DNA of 64,000 bases from Balanoglossus misakiensis (lineage: Eukaryota; Animalia; Hemichordata), in NCBI GenBank assembly GCA_040954595.2, contig CM082582.2, positions 2,154,303 through 2,218,302 of the forward strand, given 5' to 3'. Of this stretch, positions 26,289 to 38,750 are shown piece by piece. The position numbers and the translations under genes are program-made. Each line of letters starts with the position of its first letter. Position 1 is the stretch's first letter. The notes below the pieces were generated by a model. The model was not told the origin of the DNA. It saw only the letters and a program-made list of their open reading frames with translations, and did no database searches.

Positions 26289-28256
26289 CTAGTCAGATAA
26301 GGATTCATATTTTATAGAATTTCGGAGATTCACGTACAATTCCACAGCAGAATATGGGTCAGAAGGTAAATGCATATTGTTGTCGACCATGTATGAGACA
26401 CAGTACTCGAATAAATCTTCATCACAGGGGCACGCTCCTTTGAACACACATTCCTCTCGGCATGTGTTAATCTGTTCCTGAGAAACAGTTGATCCGAAAT
26501 CATGACTTCCATACATCTCCGGGACAAAGAACATCATGTGAGGTCGCCCGATGGGAGAGACTGCGTTACGTGAACGACTGATCCTGTGACAATTCCATTC
26601 CATTACAGCATCATCCAGTTCATCCTGAATTATAAAATGACAGGCACAAAATGTATGAGGAAGTTCAATGTTAGCAGTTTAATACATGCATCAGTTAAAC
26701 ATAGTCCCTAGGTACTATAGGATATCTAAAAGATACATACATGGTGACACCTCATCTACATGAACTCTTCAGACGGGAAGGTACACCTAAAATTAATTTA
26801 TTGTAGTGAAATATAACCAAACAAACAGAATAAAATTACAAATATTATAATTATAACAATTTACATATATTAGATTATCAATTGGTGTATAGACGGGTTT
26901 ACCAGCTGGCGTGTAATTTATGATGAGGCTTATCACACCAACAGTATTCGATCCGAGATTAATAGTAAGGTATTTATCGAAGGAGTGGAAAGTCTAAAAT
27001 GTTGTCCAACATATGCATGCAGGATAGAGGTGCATAAAATGGACAATTGGAATAAGTAGACAAGGACAGTCTTAAATCACACACACAATGCATTGCAGGT
27101 TGTGATTTTTGTTCATCATGATACATATCAACACATGTACAGCACATTTTAAGCCTTTTTTACTTTGTATTTGAAGGTTTAAACCAAAATATGTGAGCAG
27201 TCCTTTCTTTTCAATACATAAAAACGTTCTTTTTTATACTCCTCCCATTTGGAAGAGCGTAGGGTTATTGTTAGTCAGTTTATACATGGGACTTCTTATA
27301 TTTTATTGTATTGTTCGTTTTCACTATATAATATCAATCCTAGCAATATTTTCTGTATAAGTATTTAAAGTATATACAGTATAAGTGATAGTGTAACAGA
27401 TTGAGGAAAGACAATTATTTTTTAAGTCCCAAATTCTTCTTCTTACCTGTATCATTTTCAGGAAGCAAAATCTGACCAGATCTTTATCAAGATAATCACC
27501 ACTGAAGACTCCATCATCCTTTAGTTTGTAGAAAAGATCCAACCAAAACTGTCCACAGTGTTGGCGAAATGTACCCCACCATCGTTCTATGCGTTGGTTG
27601 AGTTGACTGCTGCCATAATAAAAGCAGTTGTCATCATTTGTTAGAAACTTCTGGAACTGTTCAACATGTCCATTTTCTGTGCCTCTATCCGCTCGCATGT
27701 TTTGGGGGCAAGATTTCAGACTTTCAACTTCTTTGATGAAGTACCCTGCTATAATCTTCGGATCACTGTTGGTGTGATAAGCTTGAGCCCAAATTACACG
27801 CCTGGAAAACCCGTCTATACACCCATTGATTGCTATTCCGTAAGGGGAAAGTTTGTCATACGAATCTAGGTGCCACATATAGTTCGGCCCAGGAGACCCA
27901 TACTGGCGACGGCGTAGACGACGTCTCTTTCTTAATTCCACACCTATGGGGTCAATGATCTGGAGTAACAACCGCACACTCTCCCTGTCGATAACCAATC
28001 CTCTCTGGACACACTTTAAATGCATCCACCGATAGCCGTGGAGTCTTCCAGATTTGTCAACCTCTTCTCTCAGAAATGTTATTACCTCATTGATGTCTGA
28101 ATGGTACTTCCGTCTGAAAAGTCCGAGTTTCTTCAGTAATCTTTTAAGATGACGCATACTAATGACAACGTTATGATTGACAGCTAAAGTAGCCAGGATT
28201 TCACTGTAGTTGAAGCCCATGTTGAAATAGATACGGATTATATCATCTCTTTCCAT
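26289..28256 (-). CDS. Integrase-core DDE transposase (IS3EU type), 381 aa, exons 28256-27447 and 26624-26289
   Basis: N-terminal HTH, RRRQYGSPGPNYMWHLDSYDKL, GCIDGFSR, RADRGTEN, NQRIERWW, WNCHRI...GRP; phase-0 GT-AG intron; D-D-E intact. Confidence 0.9.
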
Positions 28257-28695
28257 GGTGACGTTATCTGTTCGATAGAGGAGGAATGTTAATTGTCGCA
28301 TTAGATAAAAGGAATTATCGTATAATGATAATGAATAAAGTATAATATTGAAACCAATTGTTTAGTAACTTTACCACTGAGTCAGTTTTCTTGCCAACTT
28401 GGAAAGTAATCTCAGTCCAAGACTTCGGTAATTTGTCCCAGTACGTATAACTAGTAATTATAAATATTACGAAGTTGAAATGTCAACTAATTACCAAGAC
28501 TCATGCACTCAGTCTGATGATACGATGCAGCATGCAGCTCTGAAACCGACGATCACTCCTACCATTGAATACACTGAGTGCTTGCTTGCCAATTCTCCGT
28601 ACCGATATCGATGCATGTCCCTCTCTGGACCGATATTGATGCATGGTCCTCTCTGGACAGTCTCCCTACCAACACACCGCCCTCTTTCGAGAGAA

Positions 28696-29190
28696 TTATC
28701 TCGAGATCTCGAGATAAAAAAATAAAAAGTCGGGAAAACGAATAGCATTATCTCGAGATCTCGAGATAAAAAAATAAAAAGTCAGGAAAACGAACTTGAA
28801 TTATCTCGAGATCTCGAGATAAAAAAATAAAAAGTCGGGAAAACGAATAGCATTATCTCGAGATCTCGAGATAAAAAAATAAAAAGTCAGGAAAACGAAC
28901 TTGAATTATCTCGAGATCTCGAGATAAAAAAATAAAAAGTCGGGAAAACGAATAGCATTATCTCGAGATCTCGAGATAAAAAAATAAAAAGTCAGGAAAA
29001 CGAACTTGAATTATCTCGAGATCTCGAGATAAAAAAATAAAAGTCGGGAAAACGAATGGAATTATCTCGAGATCTCGAGATATAAAAATAAAAAGTCAGG
29101 AAAACGAACTTGAATTATCTCGAGATCTCGAGATAAAAAAATAAAAAGTCAGGAAAACGAATGGAATTATCTCGAGATCTCGAGATAATT
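28696..29190. repeat. Right TIR array: 52-53-bp unit x10 with the same 22-bp palindrome
   Basis: Seen directly; two spacer variants alternate. Confidence 0.95.
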
Positions 29191-31339
29191 TTTTATTTAT
29201 TGCGTATGTACATGTCCCCAACTGGCTTTCATAGTTTTAAACCGATGGTGGCAAAGAAGTTTTCCGCGAACATGAAAACAACACAGCTGCAAAATGAAGG
29301 TATTGTTCTACTGATACATTAAACGCACAACTTAGAATATGTGCCGTTTTAGCCACATGCAGATTGCAGGCACCATGTAGCTCTGCTTGGCATAGTAAAA
29401 CACGTGTCACGTGTTGATCACATGACTTAAATGAAGGCGAACGTCCATGTTTGTATGGGAGGGTCACCAGTTTTACGGCGCTGCATTAACGACGTTTACG
29501 ATTCGGCGACAAACACGTCAAGTAGGTTCTCATTTGTGAAATTTTCGTTCGATCTTTATTTCTGACAACATTATGTACATGTTCATGTAGTTTATTGTTT
29601 GAAAATCGGTGCGTATCATTTTGCTCCGCACCCAACGGATTTTCCTATGGATGGCTCCATAGCTGTGGGGAGGGAGAGCAGCGTTGACCCAAACAGCGTA
29701 TAAGTCCAGAGCTATGCTGGGCAGAGCTGTGTGTCTTTACGACGTCACTCCTGTATATGAGAGAGACGGTGGGCGATCTCTTTTACAGTTATTTTCAAAA
29801 TATTGTTTTTAAAAAAATAATATTTATTATCATCATCATCATCATCATGATTCCAGCTATTAATTTGCAGTACACGTTGTTGTCTTTTGCCAGAAAGGAA
29901 TGCATTTCTCATATCACCTTACAAACTGCCAGAAATCCAAACAACACCTTTATGATAAAGCCTACAATGAAATGGTGGATGGTACAAATCAAAGATTATG
30001 TGACTGCATGATCCTCTCCACATGATACTTCTCAAAGGATATTAATTTGCTTAGAGGGTGAATGTCTGTTGCTAAGCAACCAATGATGTGGGAGTGATGT
30101 AGAAATCTTTGTGATTTCTCAAAATATAACCATTATTCTAAATTAATATTTCCGTCAATTGGTTTTCAAGCATAATATATACACAACACAACAAATTATA
30201 TTGATATACCATGCCTAAAATATGAAATGGAAAAAATGCAATCAAATGAGTGGCCAAGCAATTTTTTTCAAAATTTTCCATTTAATTAACATTTTGTAAT
30301 AGTTTATATATTTGAGGCTGACTGTGGGTTGATTCTGTCTGTCTTAAACATTCAAGAAAAATTTGTTTGTAAAGTCATTTCAATGCCTGTCTATTAAAGC
30401 CTGTATAGCTGCCAAATTTCACATTTTTCAACAATAAAATACTTCAAATATATTCCCTATCCTCTAAATCCTCAACTTAAGCCATATTACTCGCATTTGC
30501 ATCAGTTTGTCATCTTTTGGCGACGCAAACCACGATAGCTGCGTACTGTTTGTATGGAGGCTGATGAAATAGGTGCGGCACCGTTTTAATACAAAAGTGT
30601 TCAAATTGCAACATGCAGTCATAATCGAGCATCGATAAGGTGTTCATGTATACCTAAGTAAGCTTATTTAGATGGACTAATTTAAGTTGGAAATTAATGC
30701 TAAAAAGTGGCAGCTCTAGAGACTTTCAATTCCACATTTTCTAATTCCACAATTGTTGGATGTAAATGTATTTGAAATATGTGCTTTGATTGGATTATAT
30801 GACATAGATTTATTTGAAGGGTGTGTTTGGATTAGATTATGTGACCATTGGATTTTGGATTTGTGTTCAAGAATTGTTTCGAAATATAGAAGGGATCTGA
30901 TGAAAAATGTTCAGGCAATTATTTTACCTTGGTCTAGAGTTTTAAAAAAGGGTGCGTGATTTTCATGTTGTTTGGGTATTGATACTATGTTCACTTCCAG
31001 TTCTATATTTGCAAATTGAGATATGCTTAAATGTCCAGTATCCAGCTTATCAACTCTACCAGTATTTTCATTAATAACAATAAAATTTATGCGTTTATTG
31101 TTTGTGTAATTTGGATTATTAAGTCAAATGAGGGACAGTTCTTAATGTACACCTTGGAATGAATCAATCAACAACATAATAGATAGGTGCATATTTTTCC
31201 TCTATTTTGATGTGAACTTTGCTAAATCCTTTTTATCATTTAAACAATGACCTTTGGCTTTTCAGAGACGCGGTCAAGATGTCTCTCCTAATCCGTTTGA
31301 GCTCGCGCTCTGATTCGATAGTATCATGCAGATGTTGCT

Positions 31340-31506
31340 TCATGTGATTGGCTAACGTCCTTGTCACGTGACGTGGCATACGTGTGGAACATACGTTCGG
31401 AACAACAAACGACACTTGTACGCGTAAATTATGATTACGTATAAAATAATTCGGATAATCTCAATTTTTGGCGATCGATCTATAAAAATGAAATTGTGAA
31501 GTAAGT
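31340..31506 (+). promoter_or_regulatory. Possible host promoter/first exon (reverse CCAAT, GTCACGTGAC E-box, splice donor)
   Basis: gattggct at ~31347, gtcacgtgac at ~31363, AA|GTAAGT at 31500, CpG rich. Confidence 0.3.
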
Positions 31507-32761
31507 AGGCAACCATGGTGATACTTCCGGTGGAACGCCATTCTCCAGATAGTATGTGCGCGCGTCAGAGAGAACCTGCCTTCCTACCATGTGAGCAGAG
31601 CTGTGGTGGATCCCAGGGGACGCAGATCACATTTGCATTCGTAGTCTGCGCGTTCGCACTATTTCATGCAAAATACAGCCTCCAGTTCTTAAAATTACTA
31701 CACGGAAATGTTATTTCGTTGTGTCTAAAGAATTTAAAAACCATTATTTGCGGAAATTTCACAGTTAGTGCAAGAGAGAGTGACAGATAGTCACGTAGTT
31801 CCGCATTCCAACGCATGCACTCTTCTTTCGACGTTCGCACTATGCTAACGTCTTATTTACTGTAACATACGACGTGCAGATGTGAAATTACTTCATGAAA
31901 ATCGATCTGGGTAAATATAGCCTAGATTTCAAAAATATCGTTGTGAATGTGATGCACATTAAACGTCGGAAAAACGCGCGATCTTTCTCAATTTGGGGCA
32001 CCTATGGAGGCATACTGGATCGGGAAATTGACTCGAAATACTATAGTATACTGTATAAAGTAGCATTCAGTTTACTGCGTTCTTTACACGATTTATCATG
32101 ACAAGACAGTTGGTCCATCGTATCAGTGGTATACGATGTCCGAAGTGAGCGAGCGAGCGAGCGAGCGGCGGAGGGAGGGGGGGTAGCATGTGGAGAACGC
32201 CCTCAATGTGAAATGTTAACGTAGTCGTTTCTGTTCATACCCCAACCAACATAATACGATTACGATGTACGATCCTACAACAAAGATACGTAAACCACGA
32301 AATATAGCTGCTATTTGAATTTTAAGCATGAATTTTTTTTTAGATAGTATGTCTCTTTAATCTACAATTAGCAAAAAGACAATTTTAATGAATTACTGTA
32401 CTTTGTAATGCAAAAAAGTCTTGTACAGCTCATATTGTGGCTAAGTTTAACGACATCGAAACACACTTTGTTAACAATCTTTAAATGGTTGATTAAAACT
32501 TTGATGTTTTATTATTTTTGGGTGCTAGCCACTTCATTTGTTTTAGCGCATGTTTTAGGTTAGATTAGACATTTTTACATAAATTACTTGTGATATGGGA
32601 ACGCTCCACAAGTTTTCTTTTATAATTTTGTTTTTACTCTGCTGTGATGAATTTTTAAAAATAAGATGTTCGATTTCGATTTTATTTTGCGGGTAGATAT
32701 TTTCATTGCAGTGTCATTGTATTTACTTTATGTTTTTATCTGTAAACATTTTTGAGGCTTT

Positions 32762-32910
32762 GGTATTATTATTATGATGATGATGATGATCATCATCATC
32801 ATTATTATTACTATTATTGTTGTCGTCGTCGTTGTTGTTTTTGTATTGTTATTATTATTACATTGCATTGCATTGTATTATGTTGTATTGTTGTTGTTGT
32901 TACCATCATC
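32762..32910. repeat. Compound trinucleotide microsatellite (TAT/GAT/CAT/CGT/TGT)
   Basis: Seen directly. Confidence 0.9.
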
Positions 32911-33650
32911 AAAATCACCATGATCGGTCCCTATAGTCTATATACCATGCCATTTCGTCTATGATGGGGAAAATTGATAATAAGTTCTAAAAATGAAGAT
33001 TGTGTCTAGAGTCTACTACAGGTAGAAGTAGGTCTCTAGCAAGTCATTTGATCACAAAATAACTGACCAATCTCTCTAGTTGTCTTATGCCATAGGAGAG
33101 ATCGTGACGAACACCTGATTTGACATCATACAAATTATCATTCAGAAACTAAGGTTTGAGTTTGTTATAGCGTTGAATTTCTAAGTGAAAACATATTGTA
33201 AAATGTTAAATGGTAATGAGTGTCATGTATGTCTTTATTAAATAGTCTAATATTTTATGGTCATAATGTCAAGCTGCAGCCGCTGTTATTCGATAAATCA
33301 ATACCATGTAACTCCCCAGTTAAAATTTGTAAAAGAAAGATGCTGGTAGGTGCCGATATGCCATTATATCGAATAATGGGTGAGAAGTCGATAATACTGT
33401 AGAACTATAAAACTAGTTTGTTATATGTCAAGGGTGATTTCGGAAAATCCAAATGCCGTTTTGTTGGTAACGTCTGCATACAAATGCTTGTTGGTTGCTA
33501 TGCTAAGCAAATTACCAAACCAGCATTGTTGAACTTTCAAATTGTAACTGTTCCGTTCCCATCCTCGAGTTTTTTTATTTATTTAAAACTTCTGATCTTT
33601 CTATCAATTAAAGCCCCGCGAGTTGCAACTTTATCATTGATTTTTATAGG

Positions 33651-34792
33651 AGAAAGTAATCATGGATGAAAATTTCAGAGCGTGGTTTGATGATGACCTA
33701 CCACGTGGGTGGAAAATACTCCTGCCATGTGGGTGGAAGCATGCTCCGATAGAAATTATGGAATGTTTGGTTAAAGTAACTGGATTACAACTTGATATAG
33801 GTAAGTCAACTAATTTGAGTTGATGGCTGGGGAAATTAATCATGGATGACAATTTCAGAGCATGGTTTGATGATGACCTACCACGTGGGTGGAAAATACT
33901 CCTGCCATGTGGGTGGAAGCATGCTCTGATAGAAATTATGAAATGTTTGGTTAAAGTAACTGGATTACAACTTGATATAGGTAAGTAAACTAATTTGAGT
34001 TGATGGCTGGGGAAAGTAATCGTGGATGAAAATTTCAGAGCATGGTTTGATGATGACCTACCACGTGGGTGGAAAATACTCCTGCCATGTGGGTGGAAGC
34101 ATGCTCCGATAGAAATTATGGAATGTTTGGTTAAAGTAACTGGATTACAACTTGATATAGGTAAGTAAACTAATTTGAGTTGATGGCTGGGGAAATTAAT
34201 CATGGATGAAAATTTCAGAGCATGGTTTGATGATGACCTACCACGTGGGTGGAAAATACTCCTGCCATGTGGGTGGAAGCATGCTCCGATAGAAATTATG
34301 GAATGTTTGGTTAAAGTAACTGGATTACAACTTGATATAGGTAAGTAAACTAATTTGAGTTGATGGCTGGGGAAAGTAATCGTGGATGAAAATTTCAGAG
34401 CATGGTTTGATGATGACCTACCACGTCGGTGGAAAATACTCCTGCCATGTGGGTGGAAGCCTGCTCCGATAGAAATTATGGAATGTTTGGTTAAAGTAAC
34501 TGGATTACAACTTGATATAGGTAAGTCAACTAATTTGAGTTGATGGCTGGGGAAAGTAATCGTGGATGAAAATTTCAGAGCATGGTTTGATGATGACCTA
34601 CCACGTGGGTGGAAAATACTCTTGCCATGTGGGTGGAAGCCTGCTCCGATAGAAATTATGGAATGTTTGGTTAAAGTAACTGGATTACAACTTGATATAG
34701 GTAAGTAAACTAATTTGAGTTGATGGATGGGGAAATTAATCATTCCATAATTTCTATCGGAGCATGCTTCCACCCACATGGCAGGAGTATTT
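33651..34792. repeat. 180-bp tandem repeat x6 ending in an inverted partial unit
   Basis: Lines repeat every 180 nt; 34741-34792 and 37611-37676 are reverse-complement fragments of the unit. Confidence 0.95.
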
Positions 34793-35716
34793 TGAAATCC
34801 CCCCCCCCATTTTCTTTCACAGAGCAAAACACATCACCTAGTATCTATCCCATGAAAAGAATTCGAAACTGATGTACCCCTTCACTGAACATTGCTTTTA
34901 TTTTGTAAGTATTTGTACTCTGTGTTGGGAGACATTGTAAACCGAGAATTGAAGGGGATGGGTTTGGGAGGGGGTGTCCCCCTCCCACGTAAGAAAATTT
35001 TATAAAATACAGAGCTCAAAGCTGAATTTTAATGAACCCGGCAAAAGCAAATTAACTCAACTACCGGTATGTTGGGGAGGACAAATTTAACCGTCGCCGC
35101 TCAAAGTTATCATGGGGTTGGGGCAAGTCCCCTGACCTGGGACACTAGATAAACCAATCAATGATTGAAAGGTGTTGATGAAACAGTATAGAAAACATTT
35201 TCCAATTTCCGAAAAACCTCTTTTTTACATTATTACTGCTGAAAAAGTTAGAAATTTATGAAAATATTCCTTATTCTTTGCCAATTTCTAATGAAAAAAT
35301 TACATAATGGTATTCTTAGTCTCTTTCCTGCAGCTGTACAGCAGGAAAAATGCATTTTGTCATATTTTGGCTTTAAACTCAAATTAAAATTTATCTGTGA
35401 AAAAACTGAGTCTCCTTCAAAGCCACGTACATGACAGTCCTTTTGATTTTTTTCTAATGAAATTTTGTCTCCATGTTTATCATGAGTAATATTTCTATTG
35501 AAAATTTGCAAGTGTGTGAATTGTTTGTAAAATTTCGCCAGAAAAAACAATAGCATCAAAAAGTAAATCTGAAACCCAATATTTATTACAAGAATTGTTA
35601 GATTAATATCCGTATCACACAAATCCGTTGGATTTCGTATGAATTTTAGGAAATAAGCACTGCTAATTGACAAATCCATATTTTGCAGCTGAAATACTTG
35701 GAAAAGAGTCAGCGGC

Positions 35717-36377
35717 ATGTGAGAGCTTGGAAATTTCCAAGCACTGACAAGGGTCAGTGGTCGGAAATTTCCAGACACTCAGGGAATGTGAGAGCCTGGA
35801 AATTTCCAAGCACTGACAAGGGTCAGTGGTCGGAAATTTCCAGACACTCAGGGAATGTGAGAGCTTAGAAATTTCCAAGCACTGACAAGGGTCAGTGGTC
35901 GGAAATTTCCAGACACTCAGGGAATGTGAGAGCTTAGAAATTTCCAAGCACTGACAAGGGTCAGTGGTCGGAAATTTCCAGACACTCAGGGAATGTGAGA
36001 GCCTGGAAATTTCCAAGCACTGACAAGGGTCAGTGGTCGGAAATTTCCAGACACTCAGGGAATGTGAGAGCCTGGAAATTTCCAAGCACTGACAAGGGTC
36101 AGTGGTCGGAAATTTCCGGACACTCAGGGAATGTGAGAGCTTGGAAATTTCCAAGCACTGACAAGGGTCAGTGGTCGGAAATTTCCGGACACTCAGGGAA
36201 TGTGAGAGCCTGGAAATTTCCAAGCACTGACAAGGGTCAGTGGTCGGAAATTTCCAGACACTCAGGGAATGTGAGAGCTTAGAAATTTCCAAGCACTGAC
36301 AAGGGTCAGTGGTCGGAAATTTCCAGACACTCAGGGAATGTGAGAGCCTTGAAATTTCCAAGCACTGACAGGGTCGT
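35717..36377 (+). repeat. 69-bp tandem repeat x~9.5, two GGAAATTTCC sites per unit
   Basis: Unit ggaaatttccaagcactgacaagggtcagtggtc-ggaaatttccagacactcagggaatgtgagagcct; 23-aa periodicity in the ORF track. Confidence 0.95.
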
Positions 36378-36442
36378 GGTAGTCCCCCGTACAGGTCTGC
36401 GTTCTCCCGGAGTTTAATACATGACTTCCACCACATCTCTGC

Positions 36443-36836
36443 AAGGCTCCATGGACAAAACTGATTCGTCTGAGATCCGGATCCGGACAGCAGCTTTTCG
36501 GCCGAGATTCGATTTTATCGGGGGGAATCTTTCCCCCGTCTACCCACAAATGACTCCAAATATGATGTAATTAACTTCCGAGCCGCTCGCTTTCTGATTT
36601 TCTCTTGTGTTTACCTGTTGAGATCGCCATATTGAATACAGTGAGGTTATCTCAATGGGTAAACACAAAAGTTTCAGAAAGCGAGCGGTTCGGATGTTAG
36701 AAGAAGTCAATCGTGGAGTCGGTTATAACCGGTTAGTAGACAGGGAAAGGATATTCTCCCGATAAAATCGAATTTCAGCGAAAAGCTCTGGTACGGATCT
36801 GGACCGCAGACGCAACAGGTTTGTCTAAGGAGCCTT
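36443..36836. repeat. ~390-bp imperfect palindrome
   Basis: Collinear inverted blocks aaggctcc/ggagcctt, attcgattttatcggg/cccgataaaatcgaat, ccgctcgctttctga/tcagaaagcgagcgg, ttgtgtttacc/ggtaaacacaa. Confidence 0.8.
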
Positions 36837-37064
36837 AGCGTCACAATGTTCATGACAGGCTTCGCCTACCAACTCCTCTGAGTTAGCCCATACACTAGTT
36901 GTTTATTGGGAATTGGTATTGTTTATCTGACATAATTGTTCTTTCTACTCTGTATACAAAGTCACAACTTCACAACGTAGGGTTGAAGATATAAACACAG
37001 GCGCAGTTCCTCAACAGATCGTTTTCCTAAAGGCCATAATTTGAAACATGATAGAGAAACTCAA

Positions 37065-37514
37065 GATTTCCAAGCACTGACCCTGTCAATGCTTGGAAAT
37101 TTCCAGGCTCTCACATTCCCCGAGTGTCTGGAAATTTCCGACCACTGACCCTGTCAGTGCTTGGAAATTTCTAGGCTCTCACATTCCCTGAGTGTCTGGA
37201 AATTTCCGACCACTGACCCTTGTCAGTGCTTGGAAATTTCTAAGCTCTCACATTCCCTGAGTGTCTGGAAATTTCCGACCACTGACCCTTGTCAGTGCTT
37301 GGAAATTTCCAGGCTCTCACATTCCCTGAGTGTCTGGAAATTTCCGACCACTGACCCTTGTCAGTGCTTGGAAATTTCCAGGCTCTCACATTCCCTGAGT
37401 GTCCGGAAATTTCCGACCACTGACCCTTGTCAGTGCTTGGAAATTTCCAGGCTCTCACATTCCCTGAGTGTCTGGAAATTTCCGACCACTGACCCTTGTC
37501 AGTGCTTGGAAATT
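37065..37514 (-). repeat. Inverted copy of the 69-bp array x~6.5
   Basis: Reverse complement of the 35717-36377 units. Confidence 0.95.
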
Positions 37515-38750
37515 ATTTCAAATCCCCCCCTTACATACCCTCAATTTTTTCAAATCCCCCCCCCCTCAATTCTCCTGCCCCCCCCTCCAGAGGTGTTTGT
37601 GAATGCAGCCTTACCTATATCAAGTTGTAATCCAGTTACTTTAACCAAACATTCCATAATTTCTATCGGAGCATGCCAGACACTCCTGTCACAGTACCGT
37701 AATTGATACAAAGGCAAACTGTTATATTTACTTTCCTGAGTTAATTTTCACGAAGTGTAGTAAAATATCTAATTATATGTGCCTCCCACACCATAACACC
37801 GTACTTTCTCCGTATGTACACTGTAGCTGCACATGCGCTCTCGGTGGATGATAGATGACCTTGGGTCATGTAATCAACACGCGACCTTACGTCAGCTGCC
37901 TCCCCAGGGATAAGCCTCACCACTGCCCACATGGTAGCTGGGCAGGAACTCTTCGACTCGCGCACTTACCCTATCCCATTCTCGTGTCGACGCTGTACAA
38001 ACGCAACGCGCATGCGCGAGTTAACCCGGAAGCGTTTGCAGCGTGATTCGTACAGTTTTCTCTGCTGGAGCCAATTACTTGAGACTTCTGGCCGTAATCA
38101 TGAGGAGGAGAAACCAATAGTACAGAAATAGAGTTAAAGGAGTTGATGAATTGTCGTTTCGGACGGTTTAACTTGGTTAAGTATAAACGAAATGAGTTTT
38201 ACCGTATAATGTCGCGATCAGTAACATGGTCAACTGATCGATTTTGATATGATGGGTGTTCGTCACAACCCTCATATGATCGTGCGTACAATCCCTTTCT
38301 TTTAGTTTTGCATGTGGATAACTGATTTTAACAGTTGGTATGTTTTGGTCTGATTGATAGACAATAACATCCCAATGTATCTCACTTGACCAGCATATAG
38401 ACTATCTTCTTTGCATTCAATTGTTTTACTGTCTATCAGACTATCTTCTTTGCGTTCAATTGTTTTACTGTCTATCAATCAGTTGCCCTACCACCACGAC
38501 AAGGTACATACCATAGGTAGGGAATGTAGGTGTTCTGTGTGTGCATAGTGAGTGTGTGTCAATGTTGACATTTAGCAAATATATCACATTGCATGATCGG
38601 CATTATTATTACTCGTACTGGTATTTTGTTGATGTCCATTTGTATTTTACTGCTTTTAAATCCACATTTTTTGCACAACAAGGATATGACAATGGTAATT
38701 GCAAGCCACAAGAATCACACTGTCTTGTAATTGTGGCATTGATCATGAGC

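Larger units (their letters stand above)
20964..29233. mobile_element. IS3EU-type DNA transposon, 8.27 kb, apparently intact
   Basis: Long perfect TIRs tatgaaagccagttggggacatgtacatacgc.../...gcgtatgtacatgtccccaactggctttcata; TAY..RTA termini; 6-bp TSD gtttta (20958-20963, 29234-29239); two convergent genes. Confidence 0.9.

Noticed and set aside
30560-30590. Second hammerhead candidate (ctgatga + ggtgc/gcacc stem)
   Set aside because: No GAAA box after the stem
30640-31230. Possible decayed minus-strand coding fragment
   Set aside because: Multiple stops and no motif I can recognise
33634-34827. 397-aa repeat ORF as a real protein
   Set aside because: Coextensive with the 180-bp array, non-ATG start, no recognisable domain
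35663-37706. ORFs with 23-aa repeats (CQCLEIS...)
   Set aside because: By-products of the 69-bp array; they are open on both strands in several frames
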